DNA of 64,000 bases from Candidatus Fraserbacteria bacterium (GCA_037443265.1 JBBIOR010000004.1:25972-89971); one strand, 5' to 3'. Counted from the first letter of the stretch, positions 45,733-56,328 are shown. The notes: generated from the sequence alone by a model not told the origin. Numbers and translations are program-made.

Positions 45733-48078
45733 CTACCACCTCCTCTGGAAGCGATTCCGCAGGACGATGGCCGTCATGTTGAGCAATAATAAAATTCCAA
45801 GGAGCACGACGATGGCCGCGGAGGCGATCGTCGCAAAACCCTCCTGGGGCTTGGTAGCCCAGTCGAAGATCGCAAGCGGGATGACCGTAAAACTATCTTT
45901 TAAGCTTGTGGGAAGGTACGTCACATAGAGGAAGGCCCCCAGCAGGATGAGCAGGGCGGCCTCACCGATGGCCCGCGAGAGGGTTAAGATCATGGCCGTA
46001 AAGATTCCCGGCAGAGCATAAGGGAGGACGTGATGGCGCACGGCCTGCCAGGGGGTGGCCCCCATGCTCAGGGCAGCTTCCCGCACCCAGGGGGGCACGC
46101 TTCTAAGAGCCTCGCGGGTTGCCATGATCATCACGGGGAGAATCAAAAGAGCCAGGGCGATCCCGCCGGCGAGGATGCTCCGGCCCAAGCCGGCTCCTCG
46201 GGCTAAGATCTCCAGTCCAATGATGCCATAGACCACAGAAGGCACGCCGGCCAGATTGGCAATGAGCACCTGAATGATCTCCAAGAGGGCATGGCGTGAA
46301 GCATACTCTTCGAGATAGATGGCCGCTCCGATTCCCAGAGGAAAGGCCACGGTAGCCATGACGAGCATGACATAGAACGAGCCCAAGATCGCGCTGGCCA
46401 GCCCAGCCTGCTCGGGATAGCGTGGCTCGTTGAGATTCGAAACGAAGGCCCAGAGGGCTCTCAGTGCATTTCGCTTAAGAGGCAAATCGCCCTGCTGAGA
46501 AGCATCTAACGGCAGATCGAGAAATCTTCCCTCGCGCTCCACTCTGAGCGAGATAGGTCCACCGGAGATCTGCGTGGTGATCACGATGGCCTCCCAGGCT
46601 TGGCGCGTCCCTGTGATGGGCAGACCTCCGGCTGCCAGCAACACGTCTTCAGGCTTGAGTCCGGCGCGCTCCGCAGGCGAGCCGGCCGCAACCTTGGCCA
46701 GTCTTACGCGAAATCGGCCAATCTCATGGGGGATGGGCTCCGCTCTAAGCTCGCCCAAGAGCTGCTTCACTGCCGGAACCCAGGAGATCCTTAAGCTAAT
46801 CTCCTGTCCTCCGGGGGCTCGTTCTACGGCCTCCCAAACGGCTGACACTCTCTGGACGGGAAGATCGGCCACACGGATGAGGGCATCCCCCTGGTGCAGC
46901 CCGAGCTTCTCGGCCGGCGAGCCTCTGGCCACTTGAGCCAGCGTCACGTACGGGAAATAGCGCTGATCTCCGCCCACTTCGAGTTGGAGGCTGCGCAAGG
47001 AGAGCGAGACTCCTGCGTCGGCTGTGGCGCGCATGGCGATTAGCTGCGAGCTGCTTAGCAAAGTTTGCCGCAAGAGCACGGCGACTACAATGAGCCCCAG
47101 AGCCAGTGACAGAGCTGCCAAAAGAGCAAACAACGCGCCTTGGCTGCGACGCCAAAGTCTTCTATTCATAGCGCTCCTGGAAGCGCGCACGATGAAATAG
47201 CTGGCAATGTTGAGCACGAGTGTGATCACAAAGAGCAGCAGCCCAATGGCAAACAATGCCGACCAGATGAAGGCCGTGGCCTCATGGTCGCCAGTGGCGA
47301 TGTTCACGATGGTCGTCGTAAGGACCATCATGGGCTGGGTGGGATCCGGCGGCCAAGCGGGAGTTCTTCCGGTGGCTAGGGCCACGATCATCGTCTCTCC
47401 AATCGCCCGCGACATGGCCAGAATAAACGCCGCGCCGATGCCCGAAAGACCCGCTGGGATGACCACGCGGCTGATCACTTCAAATTTCGTAGCTCCAAGG
47501 GCGTAAGCAGCCTCTCTCAAGGAGCGGGGCACCGCATATAGAACGTCTTCGCTGAGCGAGGCCACCAGGGGCAGGATCATAAAGCCCATGACCACTCCTG
47601 CCGAAAGCCCATTCCAGAAGCCGATCCCGGGGAAGAGCTGCTGCAGCGCCGGGGTGACGAAGCGCAGAGCAAAGAAGCCATAGACTACCGTGGGGATTCC
47701 CGCAAGAAGCTCCAGCGAGGGCTTTAGGAGGCGTCGGGCTCGCTCTGAAGCATATTCGCTCAAGAAGACGGCGCTTAAGAGCCCCAAGGGCAGGGCTACG
47801 GCCAGGGCGATGCCCGTAATCACAAGCGTATCCGCGATGAGGGCGAGCACGCCATAGCTCTGAGGCACGGTGAGCGGAGCCCAACGCAGAGAGCCGAGGA
47901 ACTCTCCCAGGGAGACCCTCTGGAAGAAGGGGAGACTCCCCAAGATGAACGTCCCGGCGGTGATGGCAGTGATCAAGACAGCGACGAGGCTGCAACTGGC
48001 GAGGAGCCCTTGGATCAGCCCTTCTTTGAGATGGCGCCCGCGGGGGGCTTTCAGCTCACTGGCCACAATGCTTCTCAT
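45733..48078 (-). CDS. pstCA: Fused phosphate ABC transporter permease PstC-PstA with two internal PDZ domains
   Basis: The N-terminal half has a PstC EAA loop ([25 protein letters not shown]). The C-terminal half has a PstA EAA loop ([27 protein letters not shown]). Between them lie an extra TM segment and two PDZ-like segments ([18 protein letters not shown] and [20 protein letters not shown]). The start was chosen at ATG 48076-48078 (MRSIVASEL). The track start at 48198 would overlap pstS by 143 nt. Confidence 0.8.
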   Translation of the reverse strand: MRSIVASELKAPRGRHLKEGLIQGLLASCSLVAVLITAITAGTFILGSLPFFQRVSLGEFLGSLRWAPLTVPQSYGVLALIADTLVITGIALAVALPLGLLSAVFLSEYASERARRLLKPSLELLAGIPTVVYGFFALRFVTPALQQLFPGIGFWNGLSAGVVMGFMILPLVASLSEDVLYAVPRSLREAAYALGATKFEVISRVVIPAGLSGIGAAFILAMSRAIGETMIVALATGRTPAWPPDPTQPMMVLTTTIVNIATGDHEATAFIWSALFAIGLLLFVITLVLNIASYFIVRASRSAMNRRLWRRSQGALFALLAALSLALGLIVVAVLLRQTLLSSSQLIAMRATADAGVSLSLRSLQLEVGGDQRYFPYVTLAQVARGSPAEKLGLHQGDALIRVADLPVQRVSAVWEAVERAPGGQEISLRISWVPAVKQLLGELRAEPIPHEIGRFRVRLAKVAAGSPAERAGLKPEDVLLAAGGLPITGTRQAWEAIVITTQISGGPISLRVEREGRFLDLPLDASQQGDLPLKRNALRALWAFVSNLNEPRYPEQAGLASAILGSFYVMLVMATVAFPLGIGAAIYLEEYASRHALLEIIQVLIANLAGVPSVVYGIIGLEILARGAGLGRSILAGGIALALLILPVMIMATREALRSVPPWVREAALSMGATPWQAVRHHVLPYALPGIFTAMILTLSRAIGEAALLILLGAFLYVTYLPTSLKDSFTVIPLAIFDWATKPQEGFATIASAAIVVLLGILLLLNMTAIVLRNRFQRRW

Positions 48079-49195
48079 AAAGCTGCCGGACCTCTTCTCC
48101 AGTAAGCCCCGAGACGGTACCGCCGAAGGCCGTACCCGTGACGCGCTTCTGCCAGCACTCTCGGGCCGCCTCCCGCAGCTCCTCCGGAATATTGACATAG
48201 CCTATGTCCTGCATGAACTCCTCGTTTCCGAGGATATCCTCCGTCAAGAAGAAGTCGACGAAGGCCGAGACAGCCGCGCGCCGGGCGGACTGAGTGTTGG
48301 TATAGAGGAAGAGCGGGCGGCTTAGGGGCTGATACTGAAAGCTCAAGATGGCATCCAGGCTAGGCAGGACACCCTGGCAGCTGCCGCCCTTAATTTCCAA
48401 GGGTCTTTTGCTATTGGCTGCCCGGCGGGCATTGATTTCAGAGAGAACGCTCTGGGGAGTGTCGATGAGTGTGCGGCGCGGATCGATGGCCACGGCCTGC
48501 ACCCGCCCTTGATTGTTGATGAAGAAGGCAAAGCCAAAGTACGTCAAAGCCAGAGGATTCTGGCCGGTCTGCTCGGCCAAGAGCTGATCTTCCTCGGTGC
48601 CGAAGTAGTCACTACGGGTGTCTCCGGTCCGCTCGTTGATGGCCTCAGTGAAGAAATCGAACGTTCCTGAAGTCTCTGCGGCTCCGGAGAGCGTGATGGG
48701 GGCATCGATGAAGCGGTTGCCCAGCTGGCTCCAGTTTGTGATAAAACCCTCAGCCTCACGAGACCAGAGGAGCTCCAGCTCTCCCACGGTCATGCAGGGT
48801 TTGCCGTCTTGGAAGATCTGAGTGTCGCGAGCTACAGCCACTGTAAGTCCATCGAAGGCGACTAGCGACTCGATGTACTCCAGATTATTGTGCTGGGCTT
48901 GTTCCATTTCGGAGGGTCTGATGGGACGGGAAGCGTCATTTATATCAGTTTCTCTGGCCAAAAATCTCCGGAAGCCGCCGCTGGTGCCGCTTATGCCCAC
49001 GGAGATCTTCACATCGGGGCGGAGCTTGACAAACTCGGCGGCGACGGCTTGGGTGAGGGGGGCCACCGTGCTGGAGCCATCGACGATGACGTCTCTGGAA
49101 TCCAGAGGGGCCGTGGGCTGTGAGTGGGAAAGAGCACCAATCAATCCAAGAAGTGCTAACCCCGTGACCAGTACCAGAAGGAATCGCCTGTGCAT
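48056..49195 (-). CDS. pstS: Phosphate-binding protein PstS
   Basis: It has a signal peptide and a PBP2 fold (DGSSTVAPL...SGTSGGF). Confidence 0.9.
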   Translation of the reverse strand: MHRRFLLVLVTGLALLGLIGALSHSQPTAPLDSRDVIVDGSSTVAPLTQAVAAEFVKLRPDVKISVGISGTSGGFRRFLARETDINDASRPIRPSEMEQAQHNNLEYIESLVAFDGLTVAVARDTQIFQDGKPCMTVGELELLWSREAEGFITNWSQLGNRFIDAPITLSGAAETSGTFDFFTEAINERTGDTRSDYFGTEEDQLLAEQTGQNPLALTYFGFAFFINNQGRVQAVAIDPRRTLIDTPQSVLSEINARRAANSKRPLEIKGGSCQGVLPSLDAILSFQYQPLSRPLFLYTNTQSARRAAVSAFVDFFLTEDILGNEEFMQDIGYVNIPEELREAARECWQKRVTGTAFGGTVSGLTGEEVRQLYEKHCGQ

Positions 49196-49308
49196 GTCGA
49201 ATCAACCTCCGATATATATTTGCTATGCTGAATATATCTCTAAGCAATTCAGCGATCAAGAGCGGCAAAATTGTCAAGATGGACGGATTTCAGTCCTGTT
49301 TGAGAATC

Positions 49309-49330
49309 TCTAGATCTCCTTCTATCTAGA
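49309..49330. promoter_or_regulatory. Inverted repeat TCTAGAT-N8-ATCTAGA overlapping the -35 region of the AbrB-PhoU gene promoter (-10 TATAAT at 49336-49341)
   Basis: This is a perfect 7-bp inverted repeat in the AT-rich divergent pstS/abrB-phoU intergenic region. It shares the 8-mer TCTAGATC with the two palindromes at 62956-63023. Confidence 0.4.
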
Positions 49331-49382
49331 CAATCTATAATATATATTGAACTCAATAGCCATTGGGAGGCCACAGGAGGAG

Positions 49383-50498
49383 ATGGGGTTGAAACAGCGA
49401 GGGCGGCCTCAGGAAGAGCGAATCTTAGGGACAACCGCTGGAGGCAGCACGTATATGATCACCCTGCCCAAAGACTGGGTGGAGGGGCTTAAACTCAAGA
49501 AGGGGGATGCCCTCACGCTGGTCCCGGTGGGATCGGGCATATATCTCTATCAGCGGCGTGAGCCGGAGTCCGCTGCCACCCGCACGCAGCTTAAAGTCGA
49601 TGAGGCGTTGACCGGTGACGCGCTCGCTCGGGCTCTGATTTCGCTCTATATTGCCGGCTTTGATGTCATCGCAGTTTCAGGTCATCTCTCCGAAGAGCAG
49701 CGCGCCGTGGTGAGAGACACGGCCCAGCGCCTCATCGGGGAGATCCTCCAAGAGACCGATGACTGGCTCCTGATCCAGACTCTGCGCGATCCACAGGTGC
49801 TCTCCGTGCCGCAGCTTCTGGGATACATCTATGAGAATGCGGAAGAGATGCTCAAGGAAGCCTCGGATGCTCTTCTGGAGGGGGATTTAAAGAAGGCCGG
49901 GCGGGTCATCCGGCGCGACGAGCGAGTGGATCGATTCTTCTTGCGCTTATCGCGCCAGCTCTATGCGGCCCTCAAGGAGCCCCTGGCGGAGGTCGAGCGA
50001 GGCATCTCACGGGTGGATTTCTTCAACATTCACACCGTGGGTCGTCAGCTGGAGCGCGTGGCAGATCATGCCGTCAAGATCGCCTGCGAGGCCCAAGCCC
50101 TCATCGAGAAGGAGCGCAGGCTCCCTGCGGAGCTGGAGAGGAGCGTCACCCGCGTGCGAGATGAGGTGCAGAGGCTCTTGGCTCAGGCTATGGGTGCCTT
50201 CCTGCATCTCAGTGGAGAGCAAGCCCATCGGGCCATGGCGGCTCTGCGCCCCATAGAGAGGCTGATCCAGAGGCTCGATGAAAGAGTACTCGATCTCAAA
50301 GATCCTCATCTGGCCATTGTGAGTGACAGCTTTGGCCGAGTGAAGGATTACGCGGCCAATATTGCAGAAGTGGCGCTCAACGCGGAGGCGCTCACACGCG
50401 GAAGACCCTCGCGCGGCAACGGCCGGGGCAGTGAGTCATTCGGCCATGGGGACCACGAGTACAGGCCGAGTGGTGCCCCGGACGATCTGGGTGGCTAG
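49383..50498 (+). CDS. AbrB/SpoVT-domain + PhoU-domain fusion regulator
   Basis: An N-terminal swapped-hairpin AbrB-like domain is present (YMITLPKDWVEGLKLKKGDALTLV). Two PhoU repeats follow. The ATG at 49383 is preceded by GGGAGG. An upstream TTG at 49347, only 5 nt after the -10 box, is an alternative start. The gene is divergent from pstS. Confidence 0.75.
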   Translation: MGLKQRGRPQEERILGTTAGGSTYMITLPKDWVEGLKLKKGDALTLVPVGSGIYLYQRREPESAATRTQLKVDEALTGDALARALISLYIAGFDVIAVSGHLSEEQRAVVRDTAQRLIGEILQETDDWLLIQTLRDPQVLSVPQLLGYIYENAEEMLKEASDALLEGDLKKAGRVIRRDERVDRFFLRLSRQLYAALKEPLAEVERGISRVDFFNIHTVGRQLERVADHAVKIACEAQALIEKERRLPAELERSVTRVRDEVQRLLAQAMGAFLHLSGEQAHRAMAALRPIERLIQRLDERVLDLKDPHLAIVSDSFGRVKDYAANIAEVALNAEALTRGRPSRGNGRGSESFGHGDHEYRPSGAPDDLGG

Positions 50499-52319
50499 AT
50501 CCGGTCCGGACACCGGCGGCCGGATGCTGGGAGAAGGCGCACCCAGGATAATCAGGTCATAGTCGCCCAGATGGGCCTCACGCAGAATGCGCTCCAACGC
50601 AGGCTCTTCTGCGATCTTGACTGCGCTTGTGATGCCCAGAGCCTCCAACGAGGCCTGGGCTTGGCACAGGTGCCTCTCCACCCGCGCTCGCTCCTCAGGA
50701 GTTTCTTGAAAGCGGTGTACATGTAGCACGGTCACAAAGGCGCCGATGTGTCGGGCTAGCCTTCCGCCGAAGCGCACAGCGGCCTTCCCTGGCTCGCCCG
50801 CCGCGGTGCAGATCAAGATCTTCTTCAGCGGCCGTGGCTCCACGATGAGCAAGACCGGAAGAAGAGCCCGCTCCAGCAGGGGCCGGCCCAGCCGATCCAG
50901 ATCGACAGTCGACTTCGCAGAGCGACCCAAAATGACCAACTCATAGGGCTCCGCTTCCACTTCACTTAAGATCGCCTCGATCGTAGAGTCTCCTTGGCGC
51001 AGGCGGGTTTCGAGGCGTGGGAGCCGAGCCTGCCAGCGCTGGTGCAGCCCTTCCAAATGATCACGCATGGCGGAAGAGCTCGCTTTGCAGGAGGCTACAG
51101 CCAGCAGCGTGGCGGGGCCACGGGCCGCTTGAGCCAAGAGGCACCCATACTCGACGGCTGCCTCGCCCGCTGGAGAGCCGTCTGTACAGATCAGAATCTT
51201 CAAGCCGGTTGGCTCAAGGATGTGGTATCGTCGGATCCCGATCCACAGCTTCTGGCCGGGAGTGAATAGACAAACCGGCTGGGCTTCGCTCGGTTGAACA
51301 GCCTCTATGGGCGTAGTGCGCTGGCCGTAGGCGCGTGGCGGAGCCACAGGCCGAACCCCTCCCAAGCCCTCGACCTCCAGGCGGAGGCGCTGCAGGGAAC
51401 CCACAAAGACCCGCTCGACGACCTCTCCTTGGCCGAGCACGTGAAGGCCGCTATTGGGGGGAAAGGGCTCTGGCTGGAGCACGACGCTTTCGGGCCGGAA
51501 GAGGACCCGCACCGGCGCGCCCTCATCGTGGTCCGGCGCGTCCGCAGGGAAGGGCAGAGTCACGGCTCCCAGCTGAATCTTTTGGTCTAAGGCCCGGCCC
51601 ACCAGCACGTTTCCGCTGCCGAGGAAGGCGGCCACGAATTCCGTCTGTGGACGATGATATAGATCCTCGGGGCTGCCAACTTCGATCAGCCGGCCTCGAT
51701 CAATGACCCCGATCCTGTCGGCCAATTCAAAGGCTTCCTCTTGATCATGAGTCACGAGAATCGTCGTGATCTTGAGCCGACGTTGGATCTCCTTTAGACT
51801 TTGGCGCATCTGAGCGCGAATCTTCACGTCCAGTGCGCCGAACGGCTCGTCCAGCAGCAGCACGGCCGGCTGATACGCCAGGGCGCGAGCCAACGCCACG
51901 CGCTGCTGCTGTCCCCCCGACAACTGATCGGCATAGCGCGTGCCCAAGCCTGTGAGTCCCACCAGCTCCAAGAGTTCTTCCACTCGCTTCTTGCGCTCTT
52001 CTTTGGGAACATGGCGGATGCGCAGGCCAAATTCGATGTTCTCCGCCGCTGTCATGTGGCGGAAGATCGAGTAATTCTGAAAGACGAAGCCCACCCCACG
52101 CGCCTGCGTCGGCCAATCTGTAACATCTTGCCCATCGAGTTCAATGTGGCCCTCATCCGGCTCAAGGAGACCCGCAATCAAGCGCAAGAGGGTGCTCTTG
52201 CCGCTTCCGCTACCTCCCAATAGGACAAAGAGCTCTCCATCTAGAACTTGCAAGCAGACATCGTTGACCACCAGGGTATTCCCGAAGCGCTTGGTCAGAT
52301 TTCGTAGCACGATGGACAT
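50436..52319 (-). CDS. cysA: Sulfate/thiosulfate ABC transporter ATP-binding protein CysA fused to two C-terminal universal stress protein (UspA) domains
   Basis: The N-terminal ~350 aa are collinear with CysA (GGSGSGKSTLLRLIAGL...[15 protein letters not shown]...TOBE domain). The C-terminal ~270 aa comprise two Usp-like alpha/beta domains (KILICTDGSPAGEAAVEYG... and KILICTAAGEPGKAAVRFG...VVPM). Confidence 0.8.
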   Translation of the reverse strand: MSIVLRNLTKRFGNTLVVNDVCLQVLDGELFVLLGGSGSGKSTLLRLIAGLLEPDEGHIELDGQDVTDWPTQARGVGFVFQNYSIFRHMTAAENIEFGLRIRHVPKEERKKRVEELLELVGLTGLGTRYADQLSGGQQQRVALARALAYQPAVLLLDEPFGALDVKIRAQMRQSLKEIQRRLKITTILVTHDQEEAFELADRIGVIDRGRLIEVGSPEDLYHRPQTEFVAAFLGSGNVLVGRALDQKIQLGAVTLPFPADAPDHDEGAPVRVLFRPESVVLQPEPFPPNSGLHVLGQGEVVERVFVGSLQRLRLEVEGLGGVRPVAPPRAYGQRTTPIEAVQPSEAQPVCLFTPGQKLWIGIRRYHILEPTGLKILICTDGSPAGEAAVEYGCLLAQAARGPATLLAVASCKASSSAMRDHLEGLHQRWQARLPRLETRLRQGDSTIEAILSEVEAEPYELVILGRSAKSTVDLDRLGRPLLERALLPVLLIVEPRPLKKILICTAAGEPGKAAVRFGGRLARHIGAFVTVLHVHRFQETPEERARVERHLCQAQASLEALGITSAVKIAEEPALERILREAHLGDYDLIILGAPSPSIRPPVSGPDLATQIVRGTTRPVLVVPMAE

Positions 52320-53128
52320 CAGGCGATCCTTCGGCCGGGTCGGCCCGCGAAGCGGAGCAGGCTGAAGAAGAGCAGAAACGAGAGCGTGGCCAACACGGCA
52401 GCCACCGCGTTGGCCGCTTCGAGGTTACCCGCCTCAAACTGGGAGAAGATGTAGAGAGGAGCCGTCTGGGTGCGCAGCCTCAAGTTTCCGCTCACCATCA
52501 CCGTGGCTCCGAACTCCCCTAAAGAGTGGGCAAAGGTGAGCAGTGTGCCGGAGAAGAGCCCCCCGCGGAGCGCAGGCAACAGCACAAATCGAAAGGTCTG
52601 CCAGCGGCTCGCGCCGATGGTATACGCGGCCTCTTCATAGGTGATCTCCAGCTCGTCGAGCACGGGCTTGATGGCCCCAAGCATATAGGGGAAGGTGACG
52701 AACAGATGGGCCAGTAGGACGCCGACGGGCGCGAACATCGGCTGAAGGCCCAGCGGATCGAGGAAGCGACCCAGCAACCCAATGGGTCCCCAGAGCAATA
52801 AGAGCGAGGTGCCCACGACCACAGTGGGGATGGCCACCGGCAGGTTCACGACGACGGTGAGGGCTTGGCGCCCACGGAAGCGATATTTCGACAGCACATA
52901 GGCGGCGAACGTCCCAAGCACCGCGTTGAAGAGGGCTGTGGCGAAGGCGATCAAGAGCGAAAAACGCAGGGCGAATTGAGCATCCGGGCGGGCCAGGGCG
53001 CTCATAAACGCGTTCCAGCCGCCGCTTACGGCAAACACATAGATGGCCGCCAAGGGCATGAGGAGCAGCGGGAACAATACAGCCAGCAGCAAGGAGATGG
53101 GCAGCCAACCGCGGGCTCTTCGCTTCAT
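52319..53128 (-). CDS. cysT: Sulfate ABC transporter permease (CysT/CysW family, single copy)
   Basis: It has 6 TM segments and an EAA loop (EEAAYTIGASRWQTFRFVLLPAL). The start ATG 53126-53128 overlaps the sbp stop. The track ORF carries an artefactual N-terminal extension. Confidence 0.8.
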   Translation of the reverse strand: MKRRARGWLPISLLLAVLFPLLLMPLAAIYVFAVSGGWNAFMSALARPDAQFALRFSLLIAFATALFNAVLGTFAAYVLSKYRFRGRQALTVVVNLPVAIPTVVVGTSLLLLWGPIGLLGRFLDPLGLQPMFAPVGVLLAHLFVTFPYMLGAIKPVLDELEITYEEAAYTIGASRWQTFRFVLLPALRGGLFSGTLLTFAHSLGEFGATVMVSGNLRLRTQTAPLYIFSQFEAGNLEAANAVAAVLATLSFLLFFSLLRFAGRPGRRIA

Positions 53129-54165
53129 CGTCCCAGCTCCGGAAGGACTCGCCCCTTCCAGGTGGCCTCGATGATCTGGCGCTTGGCCTTTGGCCAGCCA
53201 CCCAGATCGCTTACGGTGAACGGCTGAGGAATCACCCCAAAGTCCGGGTTGGCCGTATTCAGTCGTTCGTCCCTGCTGCGAAAGCCGTATTCCACGAAGA
53301 TGGCTTGGGCCTGTTCGCTCCACAGGAAATCCACAAAGGCTTGGATGAGTCTCTGCTGCTTGGGTGCGATGTTCTTCTCGATGAGGACCACGATGTGCTC
53401 GCTTGAGATCGTGCTATAGGGGTAGACGATCTCGGCGTTGAGTATGCCCCGCTGGCGGTCGCGCAGCGCTTCTTGCTCATAGGTTACGAGCACATCGCCG
53501 AAGCCATTCTCGAATTGGGTCCTTGCAGCTCGTGCGGAAGAAGCTTGGGCGATCACATTGCGCCAAAGGCCAAGGAGCTGCGTATAGGCCTCGGTCTCAT
53601 CGCCGCTTCTCAGCCAGGCGGAGCCGTATTCGGCAAGGATGGCCCACTGAGCGCCTCCGGAGGTGAGCGGATCGGGATGGACCACCCCCACGCCGGGATG
53701 AGTCAAGTCCGCGAAATCACGGATGGCCTTGGGGTTACCAGGACGGACCAAGAGGATGAAGGGGGTGTGATTGACGATGCCTTGGTGGGGCAGCTTCTGC
53801 CACGTCGGGCCCGCCAGCACGCCGGCCTCGACTAGACGGAGGGCATCCAGTTCCAGGGAGAGAATGGCCACTTCGGCCGGCACGCCGAGGATGATCTGAT
53901 TGGTGATCGTGCCTGATCCTGCAAAAGAGGAGACGAACTCGATCCTCTCGCCCGTCTGCCTCTCCCACTCCTTTTGGAAGGCGGGGAAGATGCCCTCGTT
54001 CATGACCTCGTCCAGGATGCTGAAGCCGTAGAGGACAAGCGTGCGCGTCGGCGCACCGTGCGTGCCCGGCAGCCAGGGCCAGAGGGCGTATAGGATCAGG
54101 CTACTTGCGCCGAGCCCAAAGAGCGCCTTTCGCATCAGCCATCTCCACATGAGCAGATCGTACAC
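53125..54165 (-). CDS. sbp: Sulfate/thiosulfate-binding periplasmic protein (Sbp/CysP)
   Basis: Strong collinearity with E. coli Sbp (FILLVRPGNPKAIRDFADLTHPGVGVVHPDPLTSGGAQWA, GFGDVLVTYEQEAL, GGWPKA). A signal peptide is present. The real start may be the internal Met at MRKALF. Confidence 0.85.
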   Translation of the reverse strand: MYDLLMWRWLMRKALFGLGASSLILYALWPWLPGTHGAPTRTLVLYGFSILDEVMNEGIFPAFQKEWERQTGERIEFVSSFAGSGTITNQIILGVPAEVAILSLELDALRLVEAGVLAGPTWQKLPHQGIVNHTPFILLVRPGNPKAIRDFADLTHPGVGVVHPDPLTSGGAQWAILAEYGSAWLRSGDETEAYTQLLGLWRNVIAQASSARAARTQFENGFGDVLVTYEQEALRDRQRGILNAEIVYPYSTISSEHIVVLIEKNIAPKQQRLIQAFVDFLWSEQAQAIFVEYGFRSRDERLNTANPDFGVIPQPFTVSDLGGWPKAKRQIIEATWKGRVLPELGR

Positions 54166-54224
54166 CTCACGCCTGATTATACCACTGAGGGAAGTATCTC
54201 TGAGCCGGAGAGCCCCGTGTGCGC

Positions 54225-54896
54225 TTACGCCTCTGGCATAAGTTGCGGCTCGGAAGAAGCGGCCTTGCGCTCCTGAATGCGCTTGACCATCTTCAATCTA
54301 AAAATCTCTTCGCGCTCGTTCTGCTCCAGCGCATCTTGGATGTAGCGAAGCTTCCGCCGCAGCTGAGGGATGATCGTCTCCTCCAGGGCGTTGATCTTTC
54401 TATTGAGCGCGCCCATTTCTTTCCCGACGGTCTTTATATTGTGCTCCAAGTGAGCGATCGCCAGCATCTTGTCGAGCAGGAGTTCTGCGGTTGCGGCCAC
54501 GGCCTCGATGCGGCTGCTCGTGCTGGCCGGATTGTAGCCGCGCGAGAGCATGTCTCTTCGTAACGCCGTGTGCTTCATTCCGAAGATCTTGGTGCCCATG
54601 ACGTTGTCCTTGGAGATTTCCAGCTCTACGTCCTGGCTGGTGGCCAAAGCCAGGGATCTCACGGTGACGGTGCCGTCGCGGGCGCGCGTGAGTGCCAGCG
54701 TGTCTTTGAGATATTTCAGATCCGCCAGCAGGGCCTCGCGCTTGCCCTTGTACTGACGGACCATCTGGAGGAAGCGGGCCAGGAGCGCCTCTTTCTTCTT
54801 CTCGAGGATCTCCTTGCCGCCCTGGGCGATCTTGAGTTCTGCTCGAGTGCGCAGAAGCTCATCGCGCGTCGTCTTGATGCTTTCCGCCTCGGCCAT
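54225..54896 (-). CDS. atpD: A/V-type ATPase subunit D
   Basis: The coiled-coil central stalk subunit sits at the end of the operon, as in Thermus. Confidence 0.88.
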   Translation of the reverse strand: MAEAESIKTTRDELLRTRAELKIAQGGKEILEKKKEALLARFLQMVRQYKGKREALLADLKYLKDTLALTRARDGTVTVRSLALATSQDVELEISKDNVMGTKIFGMKHTALRRDMLSRGYNPASTSSRIEAVAATAELLLDKMLAIAHLEHNIKTVGKEMGALNRKINALEETIIPQLRRKLRYIQDALEQNEREEIFRLKMVKRIQERKAASSEPQLMPEA

Positions 54897-54902
54897 AAAG
54901 GA

Positions 54903-56309
54903 TCAGGCTCCGGGCGCGCCCACGGCCACGCGCTGGGGCATGTATTTTTCGATGTATTTGTCCTCCACGCGGCGCAGCTCGGTTCGGGGGACTTCCGCCA
55001 AGAGCTCCCAGCCCAGATCTAAGCTCTCCTGGAGCGAGCGCGGCTGGTCCCCCTGATTGATGAACTCCTCCTCAAAGCGCCGGGTGAAGCGCAAGACTTG
55101 CTTCTCGGTGGCGCCTAGACCCTCCGTCCCGATGATGGCCGTGAGTTTCTCGAGTTCTTTGCCCTGCGCATAGAGCGCGTAGAGCTGATCGGCCAGTTGT
55201 CGATGATCCTCGCGGGTCTTCTCCCGGCCGATCCCCAAGTTCATCAGCCGCGAGAGACTCGGCAGCACGTCAATGGGCGGATAGTAGCCGGCGCGGTCCA
55301 GCGGGCGACTCAGCAGGATCTGCCCCTCGGTGATATAGCCCGTCAGATCAATGACGGGATGGGTGATGTCGTCGTTGGGCATGGTGACGATGGGCATCTG
55401 CGTTACGGAGCCCTTCTGGCCCTTGATGATGCCAGCGCGCTCATAGATCGTGGCCAGGTCGGTGTAGAGATAGCCGGGGTAGCCGCGGCGGCCGGGGATC
55501 TCCTCGCGGGCCGAGCTGATCTCGCGCAGCGCATTGGCATAGTTGAGCATGTCGGTGAGAATCACGAGCACGTCGCGGCCCTTATCAAAGGCGAAGTATT
55601 CGGCCGTGGTGAGGGCCAAGCGCGGAGTGAGAATTCTCTCGATGGTGGCGTCGTCAGCCAGATTGAGAAAGAGTACGGAGCTGGCGAGCGCCCCGCTGTC
55701 CTGAAACTCGCGATAGAAATAATTATATTCTCTTGAAGTAATCCCCATGCCGGCAAAGACGACGACTAGTTCTTCGCCCGATTGGCGAATGACTTGGCGG
55801 GCGATCTGCATGGTGGCAGCGTTTAGGGGCAGGCCGGGCCCACCCCAGATGGGCAGCTTCTGGCCCTTCACGAGCGTAAAGAGGATGTCGATGGAGGAGA
55901 CTCCCGTTTCGATCCACTGGTTGGGCTGCTGGCGGCAGACTGGGTTGAGCGGGCTTCCCGTGATGGGCCGCTCGACTTCGGGATAGACTTCGCCCAGGCC
56001 ATCTCGAGGGTTGCCCGAGCCGTCGAAGACTCTTCCCAGCATGTCCTCGGAGAGGCCCAGCTTGACGATGTCTCCGGTGAAGAAGATCGCAGTACCTTTG
56101 CGGTCGAGGCCGTCACTGCCTTCGAAGACTTGCACGACGATGGCCCGCTCGCCCACTTCGAGCACCTGGCCGCTCTTGCGGCGCCCTTGGCTATCGACGA
56201 TCACCACTCGTTCGCCGTACTTTACGTCGGACACCGGCTCAAGGAAGACCAGCGGCCCCTTGATGTCTTGGATCTTACGATGCGCTTTCGCGTAGAGTTC
56301 AGTGGCCAT
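54903..56309 (-). CDS. atpB: A/V-type ATPase subunit B (regulatory)
   Basis: The 468-aa product has a non-catalytic nucleotide-binding subunit sequence. Confidence 0.95.
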   Translation of the reverse strand: MATELYAKAHRKIQDIKGPLVFLEPVSDVKYGERVVIVDSQGRRKSGQVLEVGERAIVVQVFEGSDGLDRKGTAIFFTGDIVKLGLSEDMLGRVFDGSGNPRDGLGEVYPEVERPITGSPLNPVCRQQPNQWIETGVSSIDILFTLVKGQKLPIWGGPGLPLNAATMQIARQVIRQSGEELVVVFAGMGITSREYNYFYREFQDSGALASSVLFLNLADDATIERILTPRLALTTAEYFAFDKGRDVLVILTDMLNYANALREISSAREEIPGRRGYPGYLYTDLATIYERAGIIKGQKGSVTQMPIVTMPNDDITHPVIDLTGYITEGQILLSRPLDRAGYYPPIDVLPSLSRLMNLGIGREKTREDHRQLADQLYALYAQGKELEKLTAIIGTEGLGATEKQVLRFTRRFEEEFINQGDQPRSLQESLDLGWELLAEVPRTELRRVEDKYIEKYMPQRVAVGAPGA

Positions 56310-56328
56310 CTTCTCCTCTATCCTCTCC

